A DNA stretch of 62,247 bases from the IMG/VR virus record IMGVR_UViG_3300005573_000098, positions 1 to 62,247 of that record; one strand, given 5' to 3'. The DNA comes from a virus (lineage: Duplodnaviria; Caudoviricetes). Below are positions 18,160-27,508 of the stretch, one piece after another; the first letter of the stretch is position 1, and the number at the start of each line of letters is the position of its first letter. A program made the translations under genes and the position numbers. Below the pieces are notes generated by a model, which saw only the letters and a list, made by a program, of their open reading frames with translations, made no database searches and was not told where the DNA came from.

Positions 18160-18873
18160 CTACAAATCACCAACAATCTTTTTTAGGCCCCAAGAGCCTA
18201 CCAGATCTCTCATTTGCTTTACCTTTTCATGAATAGGGATTGTGTATTGATGCCAATAAAAATTTGCATTAGGCAATCCGATTTTTTGCTGTAGCTCAAT
18301 GAGAGTTGTCTTCTTAAGGCCAAATCTTGCAATGTTACAGCTTAATGCAAAATCATCAACAAGATGATCAGGGCTGATAACCGTATTCATTTCCTCGACG
18401 ATGGGAAAGCAATGGCCGATTGCTTCCTCCGGTGTCATTTCAAGTGGACGCCAAAGATCCCTGCACCAATAACTTGCAATTGTATTCCAGTTGCATGACC
18501 CGATATTTCTGCCGTCTCGCAAAAACCATTCATTGTATTTCCATCTCACAGCGGCCATGTCAGTGCCGTTATGCGCAACCGTGTCCATAGGCAAAAAACA
18601 TGTCCAATCTATCGTCTCAGGATGAACAATTGCGTCGGAGTCAAGATAAATGGACCATTCATCTTTTCGCTCTTCTGAAAGATAATAGATTTGCAATTTT
18701 TCATAAACAACCGGCCAATCCGGAAATTTGCGCTCCGTCATTACATAAAATTCAGCTCCGCATTTTTTGGCATAATATCTTAACAATGGATAAGTGATCC
18801 TCGTGATTTCTGGAGCATAATTGCCGATGTTCAATGTGTAGAGAGTTTTGCGAAACCTCAAGATTGCCTCCAC
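18160..18873 (-). CDS. Putative GT-A glycosyltransferase
   Basis: YAKKCGAEF, YEKLQIY and IYLDSDAIV (DxD) motifs. Confidence 0.6.
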   Translation of the reverse strand: MEAILRFRKTLYTLNIGNYAPEITRITYPLLRYYAKKCGAEFYVMTERKFPDWPVVYEKLQIYYLSEERKDEWSIYLDSDAIVHPETIDWTCFLPMDTVAHNGTDMAAVRWKYNEWFLRDGRNIGSCNWNTIASYWCRDLWRPLEMTPEEAIGHCFPIVEEMNTVISPDHLVDDFALSCNIARFGLKKTTLIELQQKIGLPNANFYWHQYTIPIHEKVKQMRDLVGSWGLKKIVGDL

Positions 18874-18879
18874 AATGAT

Positions 18880-19134
18880 TCATGGTTTCCTTCCAAGAAT
18901 TTTGTGAACGCCTTCTCTCAACTTCGGAATGTTGGTGTCAGGAGAAGCAAAGTTTTTAATCGCCTCATCGAATCTCATTGCTTTTTCCGCACTGGATACT
19001 TGTACACCTTGCAATTTTTTATTCGCAGACCATTCCTCGACATTTTCATAGACTTCCTTTGCGATCTGATACAGCCTCGGACCAAATTCAAAAATCAACT
19101 GTAGCACAAGAATGGTTGTCTTAAACCAGTTCAT
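18880..19134 (-). CDS. Small membrane-associated protein (holin-like)
   Basis: GGAGG RBS before ATG 19134; hydrophobic N-terminus then an amphipathic helix with SSAEKA. Confidence 0.45.
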   Translation of the reverse strand: MNWFKTTILVLQLIFEFGPRLYQIAKEVYENVEEWSANKKLQGVQVSSAEKAMRFDEAIKNFASPDTNIPKLREGVHKILGRKP

Positions 19135-19135
19135 T

Positions 19136-19321
19136 TCATAAGCCTCCATGAAGGTAAAAATAGAAAACAAAAACAACCGTTGCAAATCCTATCAATGCAA
19201 ACCAACCAATCATTGCCAACGCAACGAAAAGAAGAAAGAATCGGGCGAAGTCAAAAATGACAATCGCCCGATTCTTCTTTTCTGAAACAGAAAACATCTT
19301 ATTTTTGCTTTCGCTCATCAT
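19136..19321 (-). CDS. Small membrane protein
   Basis: About 35-residue hydrophobic stretch; start overlaps the upstream stop. Confidence 0.45.
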   Translation of the reverse strand: MMSESKNKMFSVSEKKNRAIVIFDFARFFLLFVALAMIGWFALIGFATVVFVFYFYLHGGL

Positions 19322-19740
19322 TGAGCAACTGCCTTCACTCCGGAGCAAGGGCCCACAGTCGGAACAGGAACAATAAATGAAACAGCGTCCGTCCAACAAC
19401 CTACCGATCCTCCAGGAAAGAAAGCTCCGACCGAAACTTCCAACGTCACACCGACAGGAACATTCTCAATTGTAAATTGACGCTGTGAAGTTGTGGCAAT
19501 CTGATATTGGCCGCCGGAGCCTACTCTCCATTTGACTTGATATTGCAATGTTGCGAGATCTTGACTGGAGATTGGAGGTCCGCTGACTGAGCAATCACCT
19601 CCTGGGCCTGCAAGACAAGTCGGAGCGTCCCATGTCACGGTGACAGATCTGCTCAGGGCGAAAAGCATAGATGGAGCAATTGCAAGCAAAGCAATAATCG
19701 CAATGCAACCAAGACAGATTTTGATTTTGGATCTTTTCAT
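19318..19740 (-). CDS. Exported fibronectin-III/Ig-like protein
   Basis: Signal peptide-like N-terminus, then VTVTWDAP...YQVKW...FTIENVP...EVSVGA (FN3 pattern); AGGAGG RBS. Confidence 0.6.
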   Translation of the reverse strand: MKRSKIKICLGCIAIIALLAIAPSMLFALSRSVTVTWDAPTCLAGPGGDCSVSGPPISSQDLATLQYQVKWRVGSGGQYQIATTSQRQFTIENVPVGVTLEVSVGAFFPGGSVGCWTDAVSFIVPVPTVGPCSGVKAVAQ

Positions 19741-19758
19741 GATTAAGTCCTCCTTGTC

Positions 19759-20166
19759 CTAGAGTTTGAAAATTCTATTCGCGCCGTTGTCCCATTGCAC
19801 AACAATGTCTCCGCCATTCGGCGTAACTGGCAGACCTGTTGCAGTATCAATGTAAGCAATCAATCTCGATGTGCTGGCCGTCCCTGTGTCCTGATAAATG
19901 ACAAGAGCTTCGCTCACATCGCCGGTAACAGATGAAAAAGTTACATCGGCAGCATCTGCAACTCCGGCTGCATAAGTCTTCGAGCTAAGCGCCGGACTTG
20001 TAGCAACAATCGCGGTCGATGGAATGTCGTCCAGGAAATCATGGGTTGACAAGTTAACCGTGTAATCGTTTGTGTCGACTAGGCAAACCTTTATATTATC
20101 GTTACCCCATGAAATCTGGCCATTCAGAAAAGCTTCCCGTCCTTTGTCATAGAGTGCATTCGACAT
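19759..20166 (-). CDS. Conserved phage virion structural protein
   Basis: SNALYDKGREAFL...DAADVTF...LIAYID...PNGGDIVVQW...IFKL, a pattern recalled from phage minor tail/structural genes. Confidence 0.7.
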   Translation of the reverse strand: MSNALYDKGREAFLNGQISWGNDNIKVCLVDTNDYTVNLSTHDFLDDIPSTAIVATSPALSSKTYAAGVADAADVTFSSVTGDVSEALVIYQDTGTASTSRLIAYIDTATGLPVTPNGGDIVVQWDNGANRIFKL

Positions 20167-20186
20167 TTTTCAATCCTCCGTTATGT

Positions 20187-21635
20187 TCAGTTAGTGTCCA
20201 AACATTTGCAAACAATGTCCAAAAATCTATTGACATCCAAATAAAAACAGCACAACGGCCACCTGGATGAAAACGAATGATTATACTCTTTCAGCTCGCA
20301 TGTTCCCAGCCCGTCATGCAGAGTGTGACAAGGCCAGCAAGGAACTTGATCTGGTTTGGGAGTGATGAATCTAGTATTGATCCAGCCAAAATGATTATTC
20401 GGGCTTGAATGGCTTAACCACATTATTTTTTTCACGTTTGCATCAAATGCAACGCTAAGCAAAAGACCAGTCTCAGGTCCGAAGACAAGATCCGCTCCGC
20501 ACTTGGCAAATGTTAATGAATGTCTGATATTCCAACCGTCATCTCCAGACTTATGAAAATGCCTTGGATGTTTGAAATCACGAATCTCTGGTATCCAATG
20601 GTCGTCGCCGACAGTAATAATGACAATATCATCCCGAAGGTCCAAAAGTTTTTTAATTCCATCCAAGACAAAAATCCATTTTTTGTGAATGCTGGAACCG
20701 GAAATTGAAAGCAAGATTGACTTCCTTGGAAGGATTTGACTTACAATTTCCGCGCATTGCTCCTTTTCTTCTTCTGTCGGAAAAAATGCGGAAGTGTAAA
20801 CATGAGGAACTTCTGCAACATCATGAATCAATTCCATATACGGCTTTCCCATAAGCCTTGATCTGACATCCTTTGGCCAAAACCTTTGTGGACTGACAGC
20901 GCTTGCCATAAGCGTTGCCTCAACAATGTAATTCATGTTGAGCACTTTGTCGAAGGCTTTTCTGCCTCTTTGAAAATCCCAAAACTTTACAAGCTCCGAT
21001 CTGTCCAATTGACCAATGTCATAAGCCAGATATTCATCAATATAAGGGTTATTGTCAAGAACCAATTTGCTCAGTGGAGAGCCAATCCAGGTTATCCAAT
21101 TATATCCTTGATCGCGAAGATGTGGAAGAATGCTTCCGACTTGTAGGGCATCTCCGAAAACGCCTTGCCTCAAAATCAATACGCTCTTTTTTCCATCTTT
21201 TTGCTTATACCATTCAACGTCATCATTCGATATTTTCAATGCCACGCAAAGAACATCAGATCCATTTTCGGAAACAGATTCAATCAATCTAATGCTAAGA
21301 TTTCCAACTTCTCTTGCAATGGAAGCAATCGGAAAATTTTCAGCCCCAGGAAAGCATAAGATAAGATGTCCTCCGTTTTTGACCAATCCAATGCAATTTT
21401 TCAAAACTTCCTTAACCAGATCTGTCTTTCTTGTGCATTTGATAACTATAGAGTCAAGAGATTTTGGAGCAAAGAATTTTTGGATATTTCCCAATGCTAA
21501 ATTGATATGACCGAATTTTTTCGAAAACTCAAATCGACTGTTTATTCCAATCGTCCACGGAAAAAGTTTGGACTGTCCACATTCAACTTCCAGGCTATGT
21601 TTACCAAGATATGGAAGCAACAACCATTTAATCAT
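20187..21635 (-). CDS. GT9-like glycosyltransferase with a degenerate N-terminal methyltransferase-like domain
   Basis: ILRQGVFGDALQ, VLDNNPYIDE, DLVFGPETG and CWPC motifs. The N-terminal LEVECG looks like a decayed MTase motif I. Confidence 0.75.
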   Translation of the reverse strand: MIKWLLLPYLGKHSLEVECGQSKLFPWTIGINSRFEFSKKFGHINLALGNIQKFFAPKSLDSIVIKCTRKTDLVKEVLKNCIGLVKNGGHLILCFPGAENFPIASIAREVGNLSIRLIESVSENGSDVLCVALKISNDDVEWYKQKDGKKSVLILRQGVFGDALQVGSILPHLRDQGYNWITWIGSPLSKLVLDNNPYIDEYLAYDIGQLDRSELVKFWDFQRGRKAFDKVLNMNYIVEATLMASAVSPQRFWPKDVRSRLMGKPYMELIHDVAEVPHVYTSAFFPTEEEKEQCAEIVSQILPRKSILLSISGSSIHKKWIFVLDGIKKLLDLRDDIVIITVGDDHWIPEIRDFKHPRHFHKSGDDGWNIRHSLTFAKCGADLVFGPETGLLLSVAFDANVKKIMWLSHSSPNNHFGWINTRFITPKPDQVPCWPCHTLHDGLGTCELKEYNHSFSSRWPLCCFYLDVNRFLDIVCKCLDTN

Positions 21636-21670
21636 GTAATTTTCCGGTAATTTTCGATTGTTTTGCCATA

Positions 21671-21863
21671 GTTATTTTCAAAATTACATATGGAGAATAC
21701 ATGCAAGGCCAAAGCCAAAGCCAAAGTGCATATAAGGACGATGAATGATAATATATATAATATATAACATATTATATATATTATCATCCATCGTACGTTC
21801 TTATATGTACTTCGACTTTGACTTCGACATTACATGTATTTTTCATGTAATTTTGAAAATAAC
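21671..21863. repeat. 193-bp imperfect palindrome with AT-rich core (candidate origin/cruciform)
   Basis: Perfect 19-bp outer arms (21671-21689 / 21845-21863), perfect 19-bp inner arms (21745-21763 / 21769-21787) around a 5-nt loop, and an imperfect middle. Confidence 0.92.
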
Positions 21864-21902
21864 ATAATGCACTTTTTTTGCAAATCATAATTTGGAGACA
21901 TT

Positions 21903-22223
21903 TTAAAACTCTGGAGATACCTCCACTCGATGCTTGCTTTTGTCAAGCAAAAATCCTCCCTGGTTTATCTCCAACGTTGCATAAAAAATCCCGTCCTCCA
22001 TGAATGGACAAACCACAGATACTTCGCCGTTTTCGGCATTCGACTTGTCAAAATCCGAATCTTGCTTTTCAACCAAAACATACTCTCCAGACTCTGTTCC
22101 GATTCCAAGTTTGAAAGCAAATGTAATGTTTGAGTCGCTCAAGTCAACCGGCGCTCCATTTGCGTCTCGAATCCTGAATAGCAAATTTTTTGCTTCTCCA
22201 ACGATCACTCTAAGCGTTTTCAT
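21903..22223 (-). CDS. BppU N-terminal-like virion protein
   Basis: VGEAKNLLFRIRDANGAPVDLS...GEVSV...YATLEI pattern; GGAGG RBS. Confidence 0.6.
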   Translation of the reverse strand: MKTLRVIVGEAKNLLFRIRDANGAPVDLSDSNITFAFKLGIGTESGEYVLVEKQDSDFDKSNAENGEVSVVCPFMEDGIFYATLEINQGGFLLDKSKHRVEVSPEF

Positions 22224-22259
22224 CTTCCAATCCTCCGCAAATACAGTCCTATGAGAATA

Positions 22260-22288
22260 AGTCTAGTTCAAGCGAAGAAAATGATCAA
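22260..22288 (-). promoter_or_regulatory. Sigma70-like promoter heading the late arm
   Basis: TTGATC-17 nt-TAGACT on the minus strand, upstream of 22223. Confidence 0.55.
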
Positions 22289-22378
22289 GAATTTTTTCCG
22301 ATCATAATAATTCCAATAACGAAGGAAATCAACAATTTACAGATCAGGAAAAAAATTTTTTCGATTTCAGAATTTTTC

Positions 22379-22407
22379 TTGATTTTGAAAGTTGTCCAAG
22401 ATATATT
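22379..22407 (+). promoter_or_regulatory. Sigma70-like promoter heading the replication arm
   Basis: TTGATT-17 nt-TATATT with an upstream A/T tract. Confidence 0.6.
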
Positions 22408-22435
22408 CTCTTCACGTTTCTGGATTTAATTGACC

Positions 22436-23863
22436 ATGAGCAGAGCCGGCAATTTATACAAGTTCCAAAAAGAGGCTGTCAAGTTCGTCTCGCGACGAAA
22501 CGGGAAAGCATTGATTGCAGATGAAATGGGGCTTGGAAAAACAATCGAAGCTCTTGCATGGGCCGAACATAGAAAAGACTTGCGTCCTGCTCTTATTGTC
22601 TGTCCTTCGATAATGAAGCTTGTTTGGAAACAGGAAATAAGAAAATGGACAACGTCACAGCCACGCATCTTAAACGGGAAAAAGAGCAGCGAAATTCTTG
22701 ACGGAGGAAATTTGATCTACATTGTTAATTATGAGGTCATCCAGTATTGGGCAAAGCCACTAAGCAAAATAATCAAATTGTTAATTTTGGACGAATGCCA
22801 CTACATTAAAAACTTCAGAGCAAAAAGAACAAAAGCTGTCTGCTCATGGCTGAGAAACACTCCATCGATTGTTGCCCTTTCCGGAACTCCTGTCATCAAT
22901 CGTCCAATCGAATTTTTCACAACGCTTAACATGATCAATCCAAAGCTGTTTCCTTCTTTCTTTTTCTACGCGACTAAATTTTGTGATGCAAAAAAGACAA
23001 AATGGGGTTGGGATTTCAATGGATCGTCAAACACAACGGAATTAAACAAATTACTAAGCATTGTAATGATAAGGAGAAAAAAAGAAGATGTACTGCAAGA
23101 GCTCCCTAAGAAAGTAAGAACAATAATACCTGTGAAACTTGGAAATGACACTAACCTCCTATACCTCGAAATGAGAAAACAATTCATCGATTGGGTCCGA
23201 AATAGTCCTGACAATTTCAGGAAAAAAGTTGAAATCTTTTCCAGGATGGAGCAGTTAAAAAGCATTGTGCGAAAAGAGAAGTTATCATATGTTTCTGAGT
23301 GGATTCGAAATGCTTTGACTGGCTCAGATCAGAAAATCGTAGTGTTTGCCACTCATCATTTCTCGATTGATTTTCTTCTTGATAGCCTTTCCGACTTTAA
23401 TCCGGTTTCGATTGATTCCAGGACTTCGCATCAAGAAAGAATGAGCAACATTGACAAATTCGCAAAAGACGAAACTTGCAGGCTCTTTATCGGAGGAATC
23501 CGAAGTGCCGGAGTCGGCATCACTTTGACAGTTTCTCCAATTGTTTGTTTTGCGGAATTAGGATGGACTCCGACGGAGCATGATCAAGCAGAAGATAGAG
23601 TCCATAGAATCGGACAGAAAGAGAGCGTCTCAATATATTACTTTGTTGCTCACAAAACAATAGAAACGTCAATTTTAAGAGTGTTGGATCGAAAAAGGAA
23701 TACTGTCTCTGAAATACTTGACGGAAGAAGCGTAAGCAAAGAAGAAATAATGATGGAAACTTTGATGGAGCTAATCAATGAGGAAAGACGTTCTGCCTCT
23801 GCTAATCAAGCTGAACTTGATTTCGAACAGAGCGCAAAAAGGAGACAAGCATTACTCGCATGA
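22436..23863 (+). CDS. SNF2-family (HARP/SMARCAL1-like) helicase
   Basis: ADEMGLGKT, LDECH, LSGTP and QAEDRVHRIGQ motifs. Confidence 0.93.
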   Translation: MSRAGNLYKFQKEAVKFVSRRNGKALIADEMGLGKTIEALAWAEHRKDLRPALIVCPSIMKLVWKQEIRKWTTSQPRILNGKKSSEILDGGNLIYIVNYEVIQYWAKPLSKIIKLLILDECHYIKNFRAKRTKAVCSWLRNTPSIVALSGTPVINRPIEFFTTLNMINPKLFPSFFFYATKFCDAKKTKWGWDFNGSSNTTELNKLLSIVMIRRKKEDVLQELPKKVRTIIPVKLGNDTNLLYLEMRKQFIDWVRNSPDNFRKKVEIFSRMEQLKSIVRKEKLSYVSEWIRNALTGSDQKIVVFATHHFSIDFLLDSLSDFNPVSIDSRTSHQERMSNIDKFAKDETCRLFIGGIRSAGVGITLTVSPIVCFAELGWTPTEHDQAEDRVHRIGQKESVSIYYFVAHKTIETSILRVLDRKRNTVSEILDGRSVSKEEIMMETLMELINEERRSASANQAELDFEQSAKRRQALLA

Positions 23864-24728
23864 CTGGATCAACATTGAATGCCCGTTTTGCTCCGGCTCG
23901 AAGGGCTATCATCTTGGATATTGGATCACGAAAGGAATTTGGAATTGCTTCAGATGCGGGCCTCATCAAACAAGAGATGTCTTGAAACGTTTAACGGGTT
24001 TGGATGACCGCAGTATTTCCTCACTAATAAAGGATTGCCCTCCGCTTATCGAAGGAAAAACAAGAATTGTCTTCAATGCAAATGAAGATAGCAAAACTTC
24101 AAATGCTACTTCTCCGTCTTTTCTGAGTTTGCCAATAGGATGCAAAAGCATCATGTCTGACGATCCTCAATTTGAGCGTCACAGAAATTATCTTGCATCC
24201 AGAAATTTCGATCCAAAAGAGTTGGAAAAAACATGGAAGCTATATGGGACAGGACCCATAGGACCATACAAGTTTCGAATTATCGCACCGATTTTTTACG
24301 GCGGAAGAATGGTGAGCTATCAAGGAAGAGACATAACGGGAAAGAGCAAGATTAAATACAAGGCTTGCTCAAAATCTATGGAGCTGGTGAATCATAAAAG
24401 AATACTTTACGGTCTGGATTTTGTGAATGACGTTGCAATCATTGTTGAAGGAATTGCAGATGTTTGGAGGCTTGGAAAGGGAGCGGTCGCAACATTTGGA
24501 ATAGAATTCACGCAGCCTCAAGTCGCCATTTTAAGCAAACTGAGAAAATGCTTCATAATGTTTGATGCTGAAGAGATCGCTCAAAAGAAGGCAAAAGAAC
24601 TTGCGGAGTCTATCGTGTCACTCAATCCTAACGTCAAAGTGGAGATAATAAAGTTAAGCGGAGTAAAAGATCCTGCAGAGTTGACCGAAAAGGAAGCGAG
24701 AGAAATTTCATCTTGCCTCTTGGAGTAA
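23778..24728 (+). CDS. dnaG: DNA primase (Zn finger plus Toprim)
   Basis: CPFC...CFRC, YQGRD, IVEGIAD, FDAE and KDP motifs. Confidence 0.88.
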   Translation: MRKDVLPLLIKLNLISNRAQKGDKHYSHDWINIECPFCSGSKGYHLGYWITKGIWNCFRCGPHQTRDVLKRLTGLDDRSISSLIKDCPPLIEGKTRIVFNANEDSKTSNATSPSFLSLPIGCKSIMSDDPQFERHRNYLASRNFDPKELEKTWKLYGTGPIGPYKFRIIAPIFYGGRMVSYQGRDITGKSKIKYKACSKSMELVNHKRILYGLDFVNDVAIIVEGIADVWRLGKGAVATFGIEFTQPQVAILSKLRKCFIMFDAEEIAQKKAKELAESIVSLNPNVKVEIIKLSGVKDPAELTEKEAREISSCLLE

Positions 24729-24735
24729 TGAAACA

Positions 24736-25584
24736 ATGACGCAAGATGAACTTCGCAAGTTGAAGAAAATCAGGAAGCTGCTAAGAAAAACTGAGAAATT
24801 GATTAGGTCATTGATCGAAGAGGAGACATCCTACAGCGCAGAGACAGAAGATATTATTGATGCAACGATAACATTGCAAAGGCAATTGACAAGAAATAAA
24901 GAAGAAACGACGAGCATAATAAATTATGCTTCGAAAAAAGAAAACGGGCATTATGAGGCGGCAGAAAAGCTGTTGGATTTTTGGAATAGTCTGCCCTATG
25001 TGAGAAAGCATCAGCGAAAAACGACACGCGTATATTTTTTAAGCGCGCAAAAGATCGTGCAACTGATGAGAGGCAAGTTCGGCATAATGAATTTCTTGGA
25101 TATGGATTGGATCGAAGCAAGAAAAATTCCGGCGTCCCTGCTTATCAAAAAATGGAGCGAGGATGAGATAAAGGAAGGACTCAAAAATTTGTCTTGTCTA
25201 TTCGATCCCAAATACTGGCCTTCCAACAAAGCACATCTTCCAAGGAATCTTAGTGAGTTGTTGTACAATCCACTCAAGAAAAATTCTTTGTTTCTGTTTT
25301 GTAGTGCAAACAAGCCAAGGCTGATAACCGAGTCTTCATTCCTCAAACAAATATCAGAGTATCACGCAAAAATGAAAGCAAAAGAAAATCCTGTATTGAA
25401 TAAATGGTTTCCAACTCCTCGATCTCTCTATAATGAATTTGAAAGATGGATGCAAAAAAGAAAGCTGGATTCCTCAGACATATCTCTGAGAAGGCTGGAT
25501 TCTTGGGCATGGGACAAGTTTGTAAAAGAGACGAGTGAAGATATTGGAGTTGATTTGAACAGCGGGCAGAGGATTGAAAAGTGA
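24736..25584 (+). CDS. Hypothetical replication protein
   Basis: 282 aa between primase and helicase; the function is inferred from position only. Confidence 0.55.
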   Translation: MTQDELRKLKKIRKLLRKTEKLIRSLIEEETSYSAETEDIIDATITLQRQLTRNKEETTSIINYASKKENGHYEAAEKLLDFWNSLPYVRKHQRKTTRVYFLSAQKIVQLMRGKFGIMNFLDMDWIEARKIPASLLIKKWSEDEIKEGLKNLSCLFDPKYWPSNKAHLPRNLSELLYNPLKKNSLFLFCSANKPRLITESSFLKQISEYHAKMKAKENPVLNKWFPTPRSLYNEFERWMQKRKLDSSDISLRRLDSWAWDKFVKETSEDIGVDLNSGQRIEK

Positions 25585-27110
25585 CAATAGAGAGAGAAGC
25601 AATACATAAATCCGAAGAGAGATTGATTGTAATCGGAATGATTGTCAGCAAGGAAGTATTGGCAGAGTTGGAACCTATATATCAAGAGCATTTTTTTGTA
25701 AGCCCTTATGCAAGGATAGTGTCACGTTGGTGCATCAATTATTGGAGAGAATACAAAGAAGCTCCATATCAGCATATCCAGGATATTTATGAATCGAATC
25801 TTAGAAACGGATCATTGGATTCGGACGTTGCGGATTTGATAGGAAAGTTTCTTTCTTCGATAAGTGAGCAGTATGAAAGAGAGAAATTTAATTCCGAGTT
25901 TGTTCTTGATTTGGCGGAAGCTTTTTTCAAGAAGAGAAGTCTGATTGCTTTAACCGAAGACATACGGACAGCTTTGATTCAGCAGGGGGTGGAAAGAGCG
26001 GAATCGTTGCTTCATAAATTCAAGCCAGTTGAAAGGGAGAAATCAAAAGGAATAGATTTGTTTAGCAAAGAAACAATCTTAAAGGCGTTTTCCGAAGATA
26101 CCTCACAAATACTTTTTCGAATGCCTGGAGTCTTGGGAAAGGAATTAGGGCCGTTTGAGCGAGACTCTTTAATCGGAATCATGGGTCCGGAAAAGAGAGG
26201 CAAGACATTCTGGCTCATGGAATTTGCAATGAGAGCATTCAGAGCAAGATGCAATGTTGCATTTTTTCAGGTCGGAGATTTGTCGGAGGCTCAACAAGTA
26301 AGAAGATTTCATGTTTATCTTTCTCAGCGGAACTACAAAAAGAGATATTGTGGAAAAATACTAATACCGATTTTGGATTGCGAGCTAAACCAGAGAAACA
26401 GTTGCTCAAGGCCGGAAAGAACATCAAGAACTGGAGTAATACGAGAAGACGAGTCTATTTTGAGTTTTGATGAAGCCGTGAACTACAAAGCATGTACGGC
26501 TTGCCTTGGAAACGAACGAACCGGATTTTTGTATAAAGGAGCAGTATGGTATGAGGAAAGATTTATTGAGCCTTTGACATGGAAAGATGCTTACAAAGTT
26601 GCAAAAGAGTTTGTTGAAATATCAAAAGGAAAACGATTCAAGCTATCTGTTCATCCAGCAGCCTCTATTTCTGTGAGAGGAATCACGAACATTTTGGACT
26701 CATGGGAGAAGCACGAAGACTTTATTGTCGATGTTGTTGTAATTGACTACGCAGACATTTTGGCTCCAGAAGATCCAAGGAAAGAATTTCGTCATCAACA
26801 AAATGAAACATGGATGGCGTTGAGAAGACTGAGTCAAGAAAAACATTGTTGCGTTATTACCGCAACGCAGGCAGATGCTAAATCTTATGACAAACGTTCG
26901 ATAGCGCTTTCAAATTTCTCCGAGGACAAAAGAAAATACGCACATGTAACTATGATGCTGTCACTAAATCAAACGCACGAAGAAAAAGCAAGAGGGATAA
27001 TGAGGATTTCGAAAATGATTGCTAGAGAAGACGAGTTCGACATTTTGCGTGAAATTACTGTTTTGCAATGTTTGAAGATAGGCCGCCCTTATTTGGGCTC
27101 CTACATTTAA
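25581..27110 (+). CDS. dnaB: DnaB-like replicative helicase
   Basis: GPEKRGKT (Walker A), VVIDYAD, ITATQA and SEDKRK motifs. Confidence 0.85.
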   Translation: MTIEREAIHKSEERLIVIGMIVSKEVLAELEPIYQEHFFVSPYARIVSRWCINYWREYKEAPYQHIQDIYESNLRNGSLDSDVADLIGKFLSSISEQYEREKFNSEFVLDLAEAFFKKRSLIALTEDIRTALIQQGVERAESLLHKFKPVEREKSKGIDLFSKETILKAFSEDTSQILFRMPGVLGKELGPFERDSLIGIMGPEKRGKTFWLMEFAMRAFRARCNVAFFQVGDLSEAQQVRRFHVYLSQRNYKKRYCGKILIPILDCELNQRNSCSRPERTSRTGVIREDESILSFDEAVNYKACTACLGNERTGFLYKGAVWYEERFIEPLTWKDAYKVAKEFVEISKGKRFKLSVHPAASISVRGITNILDSWEKHEDFIVDVVVIDYADILAPEDPRKEFRHQQNETWMALRRLSQEKHCCVITATQADAKSYDKRSIALSNFSEDKRKYAHVTMMLSLNQTHEEKARGIMRISKMIAREDEFDILREITVLQCLKIGRPYLGSYI

Positions 27111-27134
27111 CCTAATAAGGAAAGGAGCAATGCA

Positions 27135-27506
27135 ATGATTTCTGTGACAAGAAAATTTCATTTCTCTTACGCTCACAAACTTCCTAACTATCCTGGAAAC
27201 TGCTCGCGCCTTCATGGCCACAATGCAATCGTCGAAGTTACTTTTGAGCCAACAGGAGAAAATACGGGAATCCCAATGGTCATTGACTTTAGGGAAGTTA
27301 AGCAAATTGTCAGTCCGATTATAGAAGAGTTAGATCACAAATATCTTAATGACATTGTCTCATATCCATCAGCGGAAGCAATTGCAAAATATATTGCGGA
27401 TAAGATTATTGAAACATACCCATCGACGAATTCTGCTAAAGCAAAGCTCACAGCAGTAAAAGTTTTTGAAACTGAAAATTGCTGGGCCGAGTGGAAGGAG
27501 AAATAA
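27135..27506 (+). CDS. queD: 6-carboxy-5,6,7,8-tetrahydropterin synthase
   Basis: FSYAH, CSRLHGH, VIDF, LDHKYLN and VFET motifs. Confidence 0.93.
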   Translation: MISVTRKFHFSYAHKLPNYPGNCSRLHGHNAIVEVTFEPTGENTGIPMVIDFREVKQIVSPIIEELDHKYLNDIVSYPSAEAIAKYIADKIIETYPSTNSAKAKLTAVKVFETENCWAEWKEK

Positions 27507-27508
27507 AA

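Noticed and set aside
21671-21863. Hairpin telomere (telRL) of a linear plasmid prophage
   Set aside because: No protelomerase or partition genes were recognised, and the palindrome is imperfect.
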